Part shown: positions 47,921 to 57,936 of the stretch, piece by piece
Layout: each line of letters starts with the position of its first letter
Position numbering within the stretch: position 1 is the stretch's first letter
Notes under the pieces: generated by a model
Told to the model about the DNA's origin: nothing
Seen by the model: the letters and a program-made list of their open reading frames with translations, nothing else
Databases searched by the model: none
Made by a program: the position numbers and the translations under genes
Source of the DNA: an uncultured Desulfuromonas sp.
Lineage (GTDB): Bacteria > Desulfobacterota > Desulfuromonadia > Desulfuromonadales > Desulfuromonadaceae
DNA length: 64,000 bases
Direction of reading: 5' to 3'
Assembly (NCBI RefSeq): GCF_963678835.2
Contig: NZ_CAXXCH010000002.1
Coordinates: 98,690 to 162,689, forward strand

Positions 47921-50900
47921 ATGTCGCGTAAGATGGTAAACATCGATGGCAATACCGCCGCGGCTCATGTCGCTCATGCGACCAATGAGGTCGTTGCGAT
48001 TTATCCCATCACCCCGTCTTCGGTTATGGGTGAAATTTCCGACGCCAAAAGTGCGGCGGGCGAGAAAAACATCTGGGGGACGATCCCCAAAGTTGTTGAG
48101 ATGCAATCCGAAGGCGGTGCTTCCGGTGCTGTCCACGGTGCTCTGCAGGCTGGTGCGCTGACCACGACCTTTACCGCGTCGCAAGGTCTGTTGCTGATGA
48201 TCCCCAACATGTACAAGATTGCCGGTGAGTTGACCTCAACGGTTTTTCATGTTTCAGCCCGTGCCATTTCGGCTCAGGCGCTGTCCATCTTCGGCGACCA
48301 TTCCGACGTCATGTCCTGCCGCCCCTGCGGCTGGGGTATGCTGTGCTCCAACACCGTTCAGGAGGTCATGGACTTTGCTCTGTTGGCTCAGTCCACCACC
48401 CTGCGCACGCGCATCCCCTTCCTGCACTATTTTGACGGCTTCCGCACGTCCCACGAAGTTCAAAAGGTTGAAGAACTGACTCAGGATGATATGCGTGCCT
48501 TGATCGATGACGACCTGGTACGTGCCCATAAAGCGCGTTCCCTGTCTCCGGATCATCCGGTACTGCGTGGTACGGCTCAAAACCCGGACGTGTACTTCCA
48601 GGGCCGTGAGACCGTCACCAAGTTTTACGAGTCGATTCCTGACGTGCTGCAAGGCGAAATGGATAAGCTGGCCAAGCTGGTCGGTCGTCAGTACAAGCTG
48701 GTCGATTATGTTGGTGCTCCCGATGCCGAGAAGGTGATCATCGTTATGGGGTCCGGTGCCGACACGGTTGAAGAGCTGGTCGAGCATATGGCGTCTCAAG
48801 GTGAGAAGGTTGGTGTTCTCAAGGTGCGTCTGTTCTTGCCGTTCCCGACCAAGGCTTTTGCTGAAGCCATGCCGGCTTCCGTTAAGAAGATTGCTGTTCT
48901 TGATCGTACCAAGGAGCCCGGCTCCCTGGGTGAGCCTCTCTACCAGGCGGTACGTACTGCCATTGGCGAAGCCATGGAAGAAGGCATCTACAAAGGCGAC
49001 GGTTACCCGAAAGTTGTCGGCGGCCGTTTCGGCCTTGGTTCCTACGAGTTTACTCCGGGTATGGCCAAGTCCGTGTTTGACAACCTCGATGCGGCGAAGT
49101 CCAAGAACCATTTTGTCGTTGGTATTAAAGACGATGTGACCGGCAACAGCCTCGATTTCGATCCCAACTTCAAAGTGCCTTCCGACTGCTACGCGGCGAT
49201 GTTTTACGGTCTGGGTTCAGACGGTACGGTTGGTGCCAATAAAAACTCCATCAAGATTATCGGTGAGACCACGGACAATAAGGTTCAGGCCTACTTTGTC
49301 TATGACTCCAAAAAAGCGGGCAGCATGACCACCAGTCACCTGCGTTTCGGTAAGAAGGCCATCAAGTCGCCTTACCTGATCGACAGTGCTGATTTTATCG
49401 CTTGCCATAACTTCTCTTTCCTCGAGAAGTACGACATCCTCAGCAACATCAACGAGGGTGGCACCTTCCTCCTCAACAGCCCCTACGGCAAAGATGAGAT
49501 CTGGAATAACATTCCCAAGGAAGTTCAGCAGCAGATTGTTGACAAGAAGCTGAAGTTCTTCGTTATCGACGGTGTGCGCCTCGGTGAGGAGATCGGCCTC
49601 GGTCCCCGCATCAACGTCATCATGCAAACGGCATTCTTCAAAATCTCCGGCATTATTCCGCTGGACACCGCGATTGCCGAAATCAAGGACGCCATTGTTA
49701 AATCTTACGGCAAAGCCGGTGAAAAAGTTGTCGCCATGAACCAGGAAGCGGTTGACCGCGCCCTGGAAGAGATCCATGAAGTGACTCCCGGCGCTGTCGG
49801 CAGCCAGCTGCACATTCACGGTGCGATCGAAGGGGAGGCTCCTGAGTTCGTTAAGAACACCACCGCTGCGATCATTGAAGGTAAAGGTCAGGATCTGCCC
49901 ATCTCGGCCATGCCCGCTGACGGAACCTTCCCCACCGGCACCGCCAAATACGAGAAGCGTAACATTGCCGTTAACATCCCGGTATGGGAGCAGGATCTGT
50001 GTATTCAATGTGGTATCTGTTCCTTCGTCTGCCCTCATGCCTCAATCCGCATGAAGGCCTACGATCCGGCTGAGCTTGACGGTGCTCCCGAGACCTTTAA
50101 GTCTGTTGACGCCAAAGGCAAAGAGATGGCCGGCATGAAGTTCACCTTGCAGGTCGCTCCTGAGGACTGCACCGGTTGTGGTGCCTGTGTTCACAACTGC
50201 CCGGCCAAGAGCAAGGAAGAGGAAGGCAAGAAAGCCATCAATATGACCTTCCAGGCGCCGCTACGTGAGTCAGAGGCCGCTAACTGGGAGTTTTTCCTCA
50301 ATCTTCCCGATCCTGACGAGAAGTTATTCAAGCGCCAGACCCTCAAAGGCAGCCAGTTCCTGCCGCCGACCTTTGAGTTTTCCGGTGCCTGTGCCGGTTG
50401 TGGTGAGACGCCGTTCGTCAAACTGCTTTCCCAGCTGTTTGGTGACCGTGCCCTGATCGCCAACGCCACCGGTTGTTCCTCCATCTATGGTGGTAACCTG
50501 CCGACCACCCCTTGGACCACGCGTAAAGACGGTCTGGGTCCGGCATGGAGTAACTCCCTGTTCGAGGACAACGCCGAATTTGGTTACGGCATGCGCCTGT
50601 CCGTCGACAAATTCAAGGAGTACGCTCAGGAGCTGCTTGCTGACGCTTCCGGCAAGCTGTGTGAAGCCGGCAGTGAGTATGCCGACCTGATCAAGGAGAT
50701 CCAGGGTGCTGATCAAAGCACGCAGGAAGGGATCGACGCTCAGCGCGCCCGCATCGCTACGTTGAAGGCCGGTCTGGAAAAATGCCCGGACAACAACTCC
50801 AAGCAGCTGTTGTCTGTTGCCGATTATCTGGTTGAAAAATCAGTCTGGATTGTCGGTGGTGACGGCTGGGCCTATGACATCGGTTACGGCGGTCTGGACC

Positions 50901-51493
50901 ATGTTCTTGCTTCCGGCGAGAATGTCAACGTGCTGGTTCTCGACACCGAGGTGTACTCCAACACCGGTGGTCAGGCGTCCAAGGCAACACCGCTTGGCGC
51001 GGTCGCTCAATTCGCCGCCGGTGGTAAGCGTATGGGCAAAAAGGACCTTGGCATGATCAGCATGACCTACGGCAATATTTATGTTGCTAAGGTGTCCATG
51101 GCCAACCCGGCTCAGTGCGTCAAGGCCTTCCTTGAAGCCGAAGCTTATGATGGCCCGTCCATTATCCTGGCCTACAGCCACTGCATCGCCCACGGTATCA
51201 ACATGACCACCGCCGTAGACGAGTGTAAAAAGGCGGTTAACTCCGGTCACTGGCCGCTGTTCCGCTACGATCCCCGTCTGACCGAGCAAGGCAAGAATCC
51301 GTTGCAGCTCGACAGCAAGGATCCGAGCATCAGCTTTGAGGACTATGCTTACGGTGAGAACCGCTTCCGTGTCCTTAAGAAAGCCCAGCCGGAAGTGGCT
51401 GAGCGTCTGATGTCTCAGGCCACCAAGGAAACCTCAGCCCGTTTCGATCTGTACAAGAAACTGGCGGATATGGATCCGGATTGCGGTAAGTGA
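47921..51493 (+). CDS. nifJ: Pyruvate:ferredoxin (flavodoxin) oxidoreductase, single-polypeptide type
   Basis: 1190 aa. The N-terminus is DGNTAAAHVAHATNEVVAIYPITPSS. Two ferredoxin-like clusters are CIQCGICSFVCP and CTGCGACVHNCP. The TPP domain is GGDGWAYDIGYGGLDH. Confidence 0.95.
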   Translation: MSRKMVNIDGNTAAAHVAHATNEVVAIYPITPSSVMGEISDAKSAAGEKNIWGTIPKVVEMQSEGGASGAVHGALQAGALTTTFTASQGLLLMIPNMYKIAGELTSTVFHVSARAISAQALSIFGDHSDVMSCRPCGWGMLCSNTVQEVMDFALLAQSTTLRTRIPFLHYFDGFRTSHEVQKVEELTQDDMRALIDDDLVRAHKARSLSPDHPVLRGTAQNPDVYFQGRETVTKFYESIPDVLQGEMDKLAKLVGRQYKLVDYVGAPDAEKVIIVMGSGADTVEELVEHMASQGEKVGVLKVRLFLPFPTKAFAEAMPASVKKIAVLDRTKEPGSLGEPLYQAVRTAIGEAMEEGIYKGDGYPKVVGGRFGLGSYEFTPGMAKSVFDNLDAAKSKNHFVVGIKDDVTGNSLDFDPNFKVPSDCYAAMFYGLGSDGTVGANKNSIKIIGETTDNKVQAYFVYDSKKAGSMTTSHLRFGKKAIKSPYLIDSADFIACHNFSFLEKYDILSNINEGGTFLLNSPYGKDEIWNNIPKEVQQQIVDKKLKFFVIDGVRLGEEIGLGPRINVIMQTAFFKISGIIPLDTAIAEIKDAIVKSYGKAGEKVVAMNQEAVDRALEEIHEVTPGAVGSQLHIHGAIEGEAPEFVKNTTAAIIEGKGQDLPISAMPADGTFPTGTAKYEKRNIAVNIPVWEQDLCIQCGICSFVCPHASIRMKAYDPAELDGAPETFKSVDAKGKEMAGMKFTLQVAPEDCTGCGACVHNCPAKSKEEEGKKAINMTFQAPLRESEAANWEFFLNLPDPDEKLFKRQTLKGSQFLPPTFEFSGACAGCGETPFVKLLSQLFGDRALIANATGCSSIYGGNLPTTPWTTRKDGLGPAWSNSLFEDNAEFGYGMRLSVDKFKEYAQELLADASGKLCEAGSEYADLIKEIQGADQSTQEGIDAQRARIATLKAGLEKCPDNNSKQLLSVADYLVEKSVWIVGGDGWAYDIGYGGLDHVLASGENVNVLVLDTEVYSNTGGQASKATPLGAVAQFAAGGKRMGKKDLGMISMTYGNIYVAKVSMANPAQCVKAFLEAEAYDGPSIILAYSHCIAHGINMTTAVDECKKAVNSGHWPLFRYDPRLTEQGKNPLQLDSKDPSISFEDYAYGENRFRVLKKAQPEVAERLMSQATKETSARFDLYKKLADMDPDCGK

Positions 51494-51518
51494 TCCCGTC
51501 TTGAACTGTGATATTAAA

Positions 51519-51550
51519 AGCTCCCGGAGAACTCTTCGGGAGCTTTTTTT
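51519..51550 (+). terminator. Intrinsic terminator after the PFOR gene
   Basis: AGCTCCCG-loop-CGGGAGCT followed by a T7 run. Confidence 0.8.
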
Positions 51551-51701
51551 ATGGCGAAAAGGGGGATGCTGTCCGGTTAATGTTTTGTTCAGCTCCCCTT
51601 AATGCTGTTGCGTGGATGACAGGCGAAATGCTATAACGAGTGTCTGGGCTTTGAAACCTCTGGCATAAGCCGACAAACCATGACCTTTGGGGAGACTGCG
51701 C

Positions 51702-52199
51702 ATGTTTGGCTCTCAGGCTACCTTTGTTCTTTACGATGACGAAGTCGTCAAAGTAAAAGAAATACTCGATAATCTTCTAAAAGCGTCCAACGCAAAATCA
51801 ATCTATCTGGTCGATAAAAACGGTCAGATGATTGCGACGTCCGGGGATGTCAGTGGTATGGATACCACCAGTCTGGCATCATTGACTGCGGGCAATATTG
51901 CCGCTACCGGAGGCTTGGCCAAGCTGGTTGGAGAGAAAGAGTTCGCCATACAGTTTCACGAAGGGGAGAAGGATAATATTCATATCTCCATTGTGGGTGG
52001 GCGCGTTATCTTGGTGATTATCTTTGATGAACGTAGTTCACTGGGGCTGGTACGACTCCGGGTTAAAAAAGCCAGCATGGCCCTTGGAGCGTTGTTTGAT
52101 GAGATCAGCTCAAAAAGCAGTGACCAGGCGAGTGGTCGGGAGCGAAGCAATCCGTTCGCAGAGATTACCGACGATGATATCGACAATCTGTTCAGCTAA
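51702..52199 (+). CDS. mglB: Roadblock/LC7 domain protein (MglB-type GAP)
   Basis: Trimmed to the ATG at 51702. It has a Roadblock-like fold sequence ([16 protein letters not shown]) and an acidic C-terminal tail. It lies immediately upstream of mglA. Confidence 0.8.
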   Translation: MFGSQATFVLYDDEVVKVKEILDNLLKASNAKSIYLVDKNGQMIATSGDVSGMDTTSLASLTAGNIAATGGLAKLVGEKEFAIQFHEGEKDNIHISIVGGRVILVIIFDERSSLGLVRLRVKKASMALGALFDEISSKSSDQASGRERSNPFAEITDDDIDNLFS

Positions 52200-52210
52200 G
52201 GATCTTCACC

Positions 52211-52801
52211 ATGTCTTTTATCAACTACGCCTCGCGTGAGATTAACTGCAAAATTGTTTATTACGGCCCCGGGTTGTGTGGAAAAACAACCAATTTGCAG
52301 CATGTCTACCAAAAAACGGCGCCGGATTCCAAGGGCAAGATGATCTCCCTGGCCACAGAATCGGAGCGGACGCTGTTTTTTGACTTTTTGCCCCTGGCTC
52401 TGGGCGAGGTGCGCGGCTTTAAAACCCGCTTTCATCTTTATACCGTCCCAGGTCAGGTGTTTTATGATGCCTCACGTAAATTGATCCTCAAGGGGGTCGA
52501 TGGTGTGGTATTTGTTGCCGACTCTCAGGAAGAGCGGATGGACGCCAATATCGAGAGCCTTGAGAACCTGCGCGACAATCTCGAAGAGCAGGGCTACGAT
52601 CTCGACAAACTGCCGTATGTGGTGCAGTACAATAAACAAGACCTGCCCAATTTGAGTCCGATCGAAGAGCTGCAGCGGTTTGTCAATCCGACCAAGGTTC
52701 CTGAATTCAAGGCCTGCGCCATGAGCGGGGTTGGAGTGTTCGAAACCCTTAAAGCCATTGCCAAACTTGTCCTACTCGATTTGAAAAAAGGTGGGCGATA
52801 A
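52211..52801 (+). CDS. mglA: Ras-like GTPase MglA (polarity/motility regulator)
   Basis: 196 aa. [34 protein letters not shown] and NKQD are diagnostic of MglA. Confidence 0.9.
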   Translation: MSFINYASREINCKIVYYGPGLCGKTTNLQHVYQKTAPDSKGKMISLATESERTLFFDFLPLALGEVRGFKTRFHLYTVPGQVFYDASRKLILKGVDGVVFVADSQEERMDANIESLENLRDNLEEQGYDLDKLPYVVQYNKQDLPNLSPIEELQRFVNPTKVPEFKACAMSGVGVFETLKAIAKLVLLDLKKGGR

Positions 52802-52817
52802 AAACGTTAAAAAACTG

Positions 52818-52846
52818 TTGACAAGGTTTTGGGGAAACAGTATATT
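52818..52846 (+). promoter_or_regulatory. Near-consensus sigma70 promoter of tRNA-Asn
   Basis: TTGACA (52818..52823), a 17-nt spacer, then TATATT (52841..52846), 21 nt upstream of the tRNA. Confidence 0.55.
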
Positions 52847-52867
52847 CCCCGTCGTCGTAAAGACTGA

Positions 52868-52943
52868 TCCCCGATAGCTCAGTTGGTAGAGCAGGTGACT
52901 GTTAATCACCCTGTCGCAAGTTCGAGTCTTGCTCGGGGAGCCA
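52868..52943 (+). tRNA. tRNA-Asn (anticodon GTT)
   Basis: The acceptor is TCCCCGA/TCGGGGA. The D stem is GCTC/GAGC. The anticodon stem is GGTGA/TCACC with loop CU-GTT-AA. The T arm is GCAAG-TTCGAGT-CTTGC, with an encoded CCA. Confidence 0.95.
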
Positions 52944-52952
52944 AAAAATCCA

Positions 52953-52989
52953 AGAGGCTGTGAATTTATTTTCACAGCCTCTTTTTTTA
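52953..52989 (+). terminator. Intrinsic terminator after tRNA-Asn
   Basis: AGAGGCTGTGAA-loop-TTCACAGCCTCT followed by TTTTTTT. Confidence 0.8.
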
Positions 52990-53073
52990 TTTGTGCTGTA
53001 CAGTTGTCTAAATCTCGCTATAGTTGGCGTTTATTTGCTTGAAGTTTCTCTTTTAATTTACGATAACTGTATT

Positions 53074-53550
53074 ATGAGAAAATATTTCCCCTTCCGGATT
53101 GACGAAACCTGGTATGCCCTGCCGCTCGAGTTGGTGGAGACGGTGGTGCGTTCTGTGGCACTGATTACGCTGCCCGAGGCGGCCAGCGGTCTGCTGGGGT
53201 TGATCGATTATAAAGGGATCGTTTATCCGGTTGTGGATTTGCGTTTTCGGCTGCATAAGCCGTCCCAACCTGTTGGTGTGGACCAGAGAATCGTTTTGGC
53301 CCATCGTGGCGAGCAGATTGTGGCTTTCCTGGCGGATGAGGTGGAGTCGGTGATCGAAGTGTCAGACGCCCGGTTGAAACAGTCGGCTGACATTTTTCCG
53401 GACATGGACAGCTATGTGACGGCGATTCTCTGGCATGATGAAAAAAAGCTACAGTTATGCGATGCCGAGACTTTTTTGTACTTTGACCACGAATTGCTTG
53501 AGGGTTACAAGGACGAAACGGTCTCCTCGAAGCCGACAACAGACCAATAG
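53074..53550 (+). CDS. cheW: CheW-like coupling protein (WspB-like position)
   Basis: Trimmed to the ATG at 53074. FRIDETWYALPLELVETV...GLIDYKGIVYPVVDLR is a typical CheW core. Confidence 0.8.
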   Translation: MRKYFPFRIDETWYALPLELVETVVRSVALITLPEAASGLLGLIDYKGIVYPVVDLRFRLHKPSQPVGVDQRIVLAHRGEQIVAFLADEVESVIEVSDARLKQSADIFPDMDSYVTAILWHDEKKLQLCDAETFLYFDHELLEGYKDETVSSKPTTDQ

Positions 53551-53562
53551 CGGGGCAAATGG

Positions 53563-55059
53563 ATGGATGCGGCACAGGTGGTTTCACCGGAGACATGTCA
53601 TGAGCTCAGTGCGTTTGTGCACAAACGGTTCGGCATGTTTTTTCCTCCGGAACGCCATAACGACCTGTTGCGTGCTGTAAGTCGTGCCTGTGATGAATCG
53701 GGTTTTAGTGATCCGCAAGCCTATGTTGACTGGGTGCTAGCGGCACCGCACAGTGACAAAGAGCTGGAACCGCTGGTGACCAGCCTGACGATTGGTGAAA
53801 CCTATTTTTTTCGTGATCCAGGATTGTTTGCCGCGTTGCGCGAAGTGGTCGTTCCGCAACGCATCCGTCAAGCCAGAGAAACCAAAACCTTACGGGTGTG
53901 GAGTGCGGGATGCAGTACCGGCGAAGAACCCTATTCCATCGCCATGTTGCTCGATCATTACGGCCTGATCAACAGTGACTGGTCGGTTGATTTGCTGGCC
54001 ACGGATGTCAATGTCAAGTCGTTGCGCCATGCCCGTAAAGGCATCTATTCGCGTTGGTCGTTTCGCGGGCTGTCTGCACCGATGCAGCAGCGTTATTTTG
54101 ATGCCGTTGATGACCATCACTGGCAGCTCAAGGAGTCAATCCGTCAACGGGTCGATTTCAGTTATCTGAATCTGGCCGCGCCGCCGTTTCGTATCGGCGA
54201 CAATGCACGGTGTCGCTGTGATATTATCCTGTGCCGCAACGTCTTGATGTATTTCTCGCGTGAGCTGCGTGAACAGATTCTTGCCGAGCTGTCCCGCATG
54301 CTTGATGACGGCGGTTGGCTGGTGGTGAGTCCAAGTGAGGCGGGCCTGGTCGCGGTGGATGGTTTGCATTCGGTCCACATCAAGGGCATGGTGTTACACC
54401 GAAAAGGGGTGGGCGAGGTGCCGCAGTCTGTTTGCCCTCCGGTGCTGTTGAAGCGGGTTGTTGCATCTAAAAAAACGCAGATGAAGGCATCCGTGCCGCC
54501 TGCTAAAGATGCCAGGGCGGCAGTGAACGTACCCCGTCCTGCCATTCCTCCAGAGGAATTGCCGTTGACGGTGGATCATTGCATGGAGCTGGTTGAGCAA
54601 GGGGGATATACCCAGGCCATGGCGCAGCTGGAGAACCTGCTGTCTTGCTGTCAATCGGATCGGCGAGAGCTGGCGCGAGTTAACCTGCTGCTGGCCAAGT
54701 GCTATGCCAATGTCGGTCATACCGATCAGGCGCAGGAAAATCTGGAGGAGGCCTTGCGCCTCGATCAGATGAATCCGGCCGCCCATTATCTCAACGGCGT
54801 GATTGCGTTGGAAAAGCAGGATGTTGACCGGGCCAGGCAGAGTTTTGAACGAGCTCTCTATCTGGATGAGGGCTATATTATGGCCCAATTGTCCATGGGG
54901 ATGTTGCAGGGCCAAAGTGGTGACATGACGCAAAAGAACAAATCGTTTGCTCGTATTCACGTGCTTCTTGACCGGTTGGCTGAGGATGCGGTGATCCCCG
55001 ATTCCGGGGGGATGACAGCGGCGCATTTGCGTTTGTCGTTAAAAACTGACCATGAGTGA
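53563..55059 (+). CDS. cheR: CheR-type methyltransferase with C-terminal TPR domain (WspC-like)
   Basis: 498 aa. ETYFFRD and the SAM motif LRVWSAGCSTGEEPYS are present. The C-terminal 150 aa or so are TPR-like. Confidence 0.85.
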   Translation: MDAAQVVSPETCHELSAFVHKRFGMFFPPERHNDLLRAVSRACDESGFSDPQAYVDWVLAAPHSDKELEPLVTSLTIGETYFFRDPGLFAALREVVVPQRIRQARETKTLRVWSAGCSTGEEPYSIAMLLDHYGLINSDWSVDLLATDVNVKSLRHARKGIYSRWSFRGLSAPMQQRYFDAVDDHHWQLKESIRQRVDFSYLNLAAPPFRIGDNARCRCDIILCRNVLMYFSRELREQILAELSRMLDDGGWLVVSPSEAGLVAVDGLHSVHIKGMVLHRKGVGEVPQSVCPPVLLKRVVASKKTQMKASVPPAKDARAAVNVPRPAIPPEELPLTVDHCMELVEQGGYTQAMAQLENLLSCCQSDRRELARVNLLLAKCYANVGHTDQAQENLEEALRLDQMNPAAHYLNGVIALEKQDVDRARQSFERALYLDEGYIMAQLSMGMLQGQSGDMTQKNKSFARIHVLLDRLAEDAVIPDSGGMTAAHLRLSLKTDHE

Positions 55060-55583
55060 AAAGAGCAATGGCTGATTCGCGTGAACAACGGATTTTGCAA
55101 CAGCGTGCCGAGCAGTTGGCGCGCCCGGACGACACCATCATGGTGGGACATCTGCTGCCGGTGGTCGAGTTCCGTCTTGCTCAGGAAGTGTATGCTTTTG
55201 AACTGGTGCAGGTGAAAAAGGTGGTGCCGGTGTCGGCTCTGGTCGCTTTGCCCGGAGCGCCGTCCTTTGTTGCCGGGATCACCCATTTCTCGGGCCAGAT
55301 TCTGTCTGTGGTCGATTTGCGTAGTTTTTTTGAATTGCCGATGCCGAAGAACGACAGCCGCCAGAAGTTGATGATTCTACGTGACCGCGACATGCAGATG
55401 GCAGTACTCGCTGAAGAGATTCTCGGTGTCCGCGAGTTGGAAGAGCAGCGCCTGCAAACAGGATTGCCGACATTGACCGGAGTGCGTGAGCGTTATCTCA
55501 AGGGCGTGTCACCGGATCAGACCATTGTTCTTGATGTGGCGAAAATCCTGACTGATGAGCGATTGATTGTCGATCAGGCCTGA
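55056..55583 (+). CDS. cheW: CheW-like coupling protein (WspD-like position)
   Basis: 175 aa. FRLAQEVYAFELVQVKKV...GITHFSGQILSVVDLR. The GTG start overlaps the cheR stop. An alternative ATG lies at 55068. Confidence 0.85.
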   Translation: MKRAMADSREQRILQQRAEQLARPDDTIMVGHLLPVVEFRLAQEVYAFELVQVKKVVPVSALVALPGAPSFVAGITHFSGQILSVVDLRSFFELPMPKNDSRQKLMILRDRDMQMAVLAEEILGVRELEEQRLQTGLPTLTGVRERYLKGVSPDQTIVLDVAKILTDERLIVDQA

Positions 55584-55659
55584 ATAAATAAACCCGACCG
55601 GCGCGCTGGTGACAACGCATCTGGCGGAGTGTAACTTGTTGAATCTGGTGGAGGGATTC

Positions 55660-57924
55660 ATGAATTTTTTGCGTACGAGCCTGAAAAAACGTTTGGTGCT
55701 TCAGTTCCTTCTTGTGGCACTGATTCCCATCGGCATTGTGGAGTTTCTCAGCTTTAACGCAACGCGCGATGCACTTGATAAAGCCGCGTTGGAGAAGGTG
55801 CAGATGGTCAACGATGTCAACCGGGAACGGTTGCTGGAGTACTTTGACGATCTGTTTACCGATCTGGAAGTGCTGGCGAGGTCGCAAGATGTTGATACGG
55901 CGCTGAGCCTGCTCGGCAATTATCACCAACGTACCGGCCAGAAGGGCAACGCCCCCTTTGATGTGACCTCCTCCTCATATCGCGAGATTTTTAAAAATAT
56001 TGATCCCTTTCTGCGAGACTTCCTGATTAATTATGAATATCACGATCTGCTGTTGATTTGTGGCGAGCATGGTCATGTGATGTACAGCATTGAGCAGGAA
56101 AGTGACTTTGGTGCCAATCTCAGTCATGGCTCGTTAAGCAACAGTGCTCTGGCGACCGCCTGGAGTCAGGTGATGAACGGTAGCAAACAGGTGGTCCTTG
56201 ATTTTGTCGATTACGAGCCGAGTGGTATGCCCATCGCGTTTGCCGCAGTGCCGGTTCTCAACGCGCAAGGCCAACCCAGAGCCGTGATTGCCGTCAAAAT
56301 AAGCATTGATGCCATCAATGAGATTGTTGAAGACCACGGTCAGTTTGGTGCCACCGGCGAGAGCTATGTGGTCGGCAGTGATACCATGCTCCGCTCTGAG
56401 TTGCGCTTCGCCCCCGGTCAGGTGTTGAAGCAGCAGGTGGCGACACCGGCCATAGAGCAGGCCATTAACGACCAGGCCAGTCTCGGCTTTGAAACCAACT
56501 ATGCCGGTAAAAATGTGCTTGGTGCCTATGATGGTGTCGGCTTTAACGAGCGTGGCTACGGTTTTGAATGGGTGGTGGTCAGTGAGATTGAGGTCGACGA
56601 AGCCCTGGCCCCGGTTTCTGTGCTGCGGTTGCATATCCTGTTGATAAGTATACCGGTGGCACTGCTGGCCTGCTGGTTCGGCTGGTGGGCCGCGGGCAAG
56701 ATTGTTGCGCCGGTGCGTCGGATGCTGGTTAACTTTGAGCATCTGGCTGAGGGTGATTTGGAGCAGACCGATGCTCATGTGACCTGCCATGATGAATTGG
56801 GACGGATGCAAAAAGCGTTTGCCCGCATGTTGCGCAGCTTTCGTCAGCGCAACGAACAGATTGCCCGGATTGCCGCCGGTGACCTGAATGTCGATGTGGA
56901 GATCGCCTCCGAACGCGACAAGCTGGGACTGGCCATGCGGGAGATGGTCGACAGTCTCAAGACCATCACCGTCTCGGCACGGCATATCTCCGAAGGGGAT
57001 CTGAGCGTCGAAATCGTTGAACGCAGTGACCACGATGAGCTGGGTCTGGCCTTGAAGATGATGATCACCAATTTGCGTGACATTATCGGTGAGCTGGTCT
57101 CAGGCACCACAACGCTGGCGGCGTCCGTCAGCCAGCTGTCCACCACTTCGTCGTTGCTTGCCGCCAGTGCGGCGGAAACGTCCAGCTCCATGGCTGAAGT
57201 CACGGCGACGGTTGATGAAGTGCGTCAGACCTCCCAGGTGTCGAGTGATCGTGCCCAAGATGTGGCCACCACATCGGAAGAGGCCAGCCGTTATTCGGAA
57301 CAGGGCAGTGAAGCGACGCAGAAGACCGCCGCCGGCATGAGCGTCATCAAGGAGGAGATGGATTATATCGCCGAGAGCATTGTTTCACTCAGTGAGCAGA
57401 GCCAGAATGTCGGTGAGATTGTCGACACCGTGACCGATCTGGCGGATCAGTCAAACTTGCTGTCGGTAAATGCCTCTATTGAGGCGGCCAAGGCCGGTGA
57501 GCACGGCAAAGGGTTTACCGTGGTCGCTCAGGAGGTGAAATCTCTCGCCGCACAGTCCAAGCAGTCAACGGAACAGATCAAACGTATTCTCAGCGATATC
57601 CAAAAAGCCACCGGATCTGCGGTGATGGCCACTGAACGCGGTACCAAAGCAGTGCAGGCCGGGGTTGATCTGATGTCGCAGACCGAAGAAACCTTCCAGG
57701 TGATGACCGGGAATATCAATGCCTCGGCTGAATTTGCCATGCAAATCGCCTCCTCCAGTCAGCAGCAACTGGCTGGGGTTGAGCAGGTGGCTCAGGCGAT
57801 GTTGACCATCAAAGATGCCGGGCAGCAGAATATGGACAGTGCCCGTCAGCTGGAAGATGCCACCCAGCGTCTTGAAGCCCTGGCCAACAACCTTAAGCAG
57901 CTCTCCGAGCGGTTTACCCTGTAA
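55660..57924 (+). CDS. Methyl-accepting chemotaxis protein with large periplasmic (double-Cache-like) domain and tandem HAMP (WspA-like role)
   Basis: Trimmed to the ATG at 55660, which follows GGAGGG. There are two TM segments flanking about 290 aa. The signalling hairpin is LADQSNLLSVNASIEAAKAGEHGKGFTVVAQEVKSLA. Confidence 0.85.
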   Translation: MNFLRTSLKKRLVLQFLLVALIPIGIVEFLSFNATRDALDKAALEKVQMVNDVNRERLLEYFDDLFTDLEVLARSQDVDTALSLLGNYHQRTGQKGNAPFDVTSSSYREIFKNIDPFLRDFLINYEYHDLLLICGEHGHVMYSIEQESDFGANLSHGSLSNSALATAWSQVMNGSKQVVLDFVDYEPSGMPIAFAAVPVLNAQGQPRAVIAVKISIDAINEIVEDHGQFGATGESYVVGSDTMLRSELRFAPGQVLKQQVATPAIEQAINDQASLGFETNYAGKNVLGAYDGVGFNERGYGFEWVVVSEIEVDEALAPVSVLRLHILLISIPVALLACWFGWWAAGKIVAPVRRMLVNFEHLAEGDLEQTDAHVTCHDELGRMQKAFARMLRSFRQRNEQIARIAAGDLNVDVEIASERDKLGLAMREMVDSLKTITVSARHISEGDLSVEIVERSDHDELGLALKMMITNLRDIIGELVSGTTTLAASVSQLSTTSSLLAASAAETSSSMAEVTATVDEVRQTSQVSSDRAQDVATTSEEASRYSEQGSEATQKTAAGMSVIKEEMDYIAESIVSLSEQSQNVGEIVDTVTDLADQSNLLSVNASIEAAKAGEHGKGFTVVAQEVKSLAAQSKQSTEQIKRILSDIQKATGSAVMATERGTKAVQAGVDLMSQTEETFQVMTGNINASAEFAMQIASSSQQQLAGVEQVAQAMLTIKDAGQQNMDSARQLEDATQRLEALANNLKQLSERFTL

Positions 57925-57936
57925 CGGGAATGAACG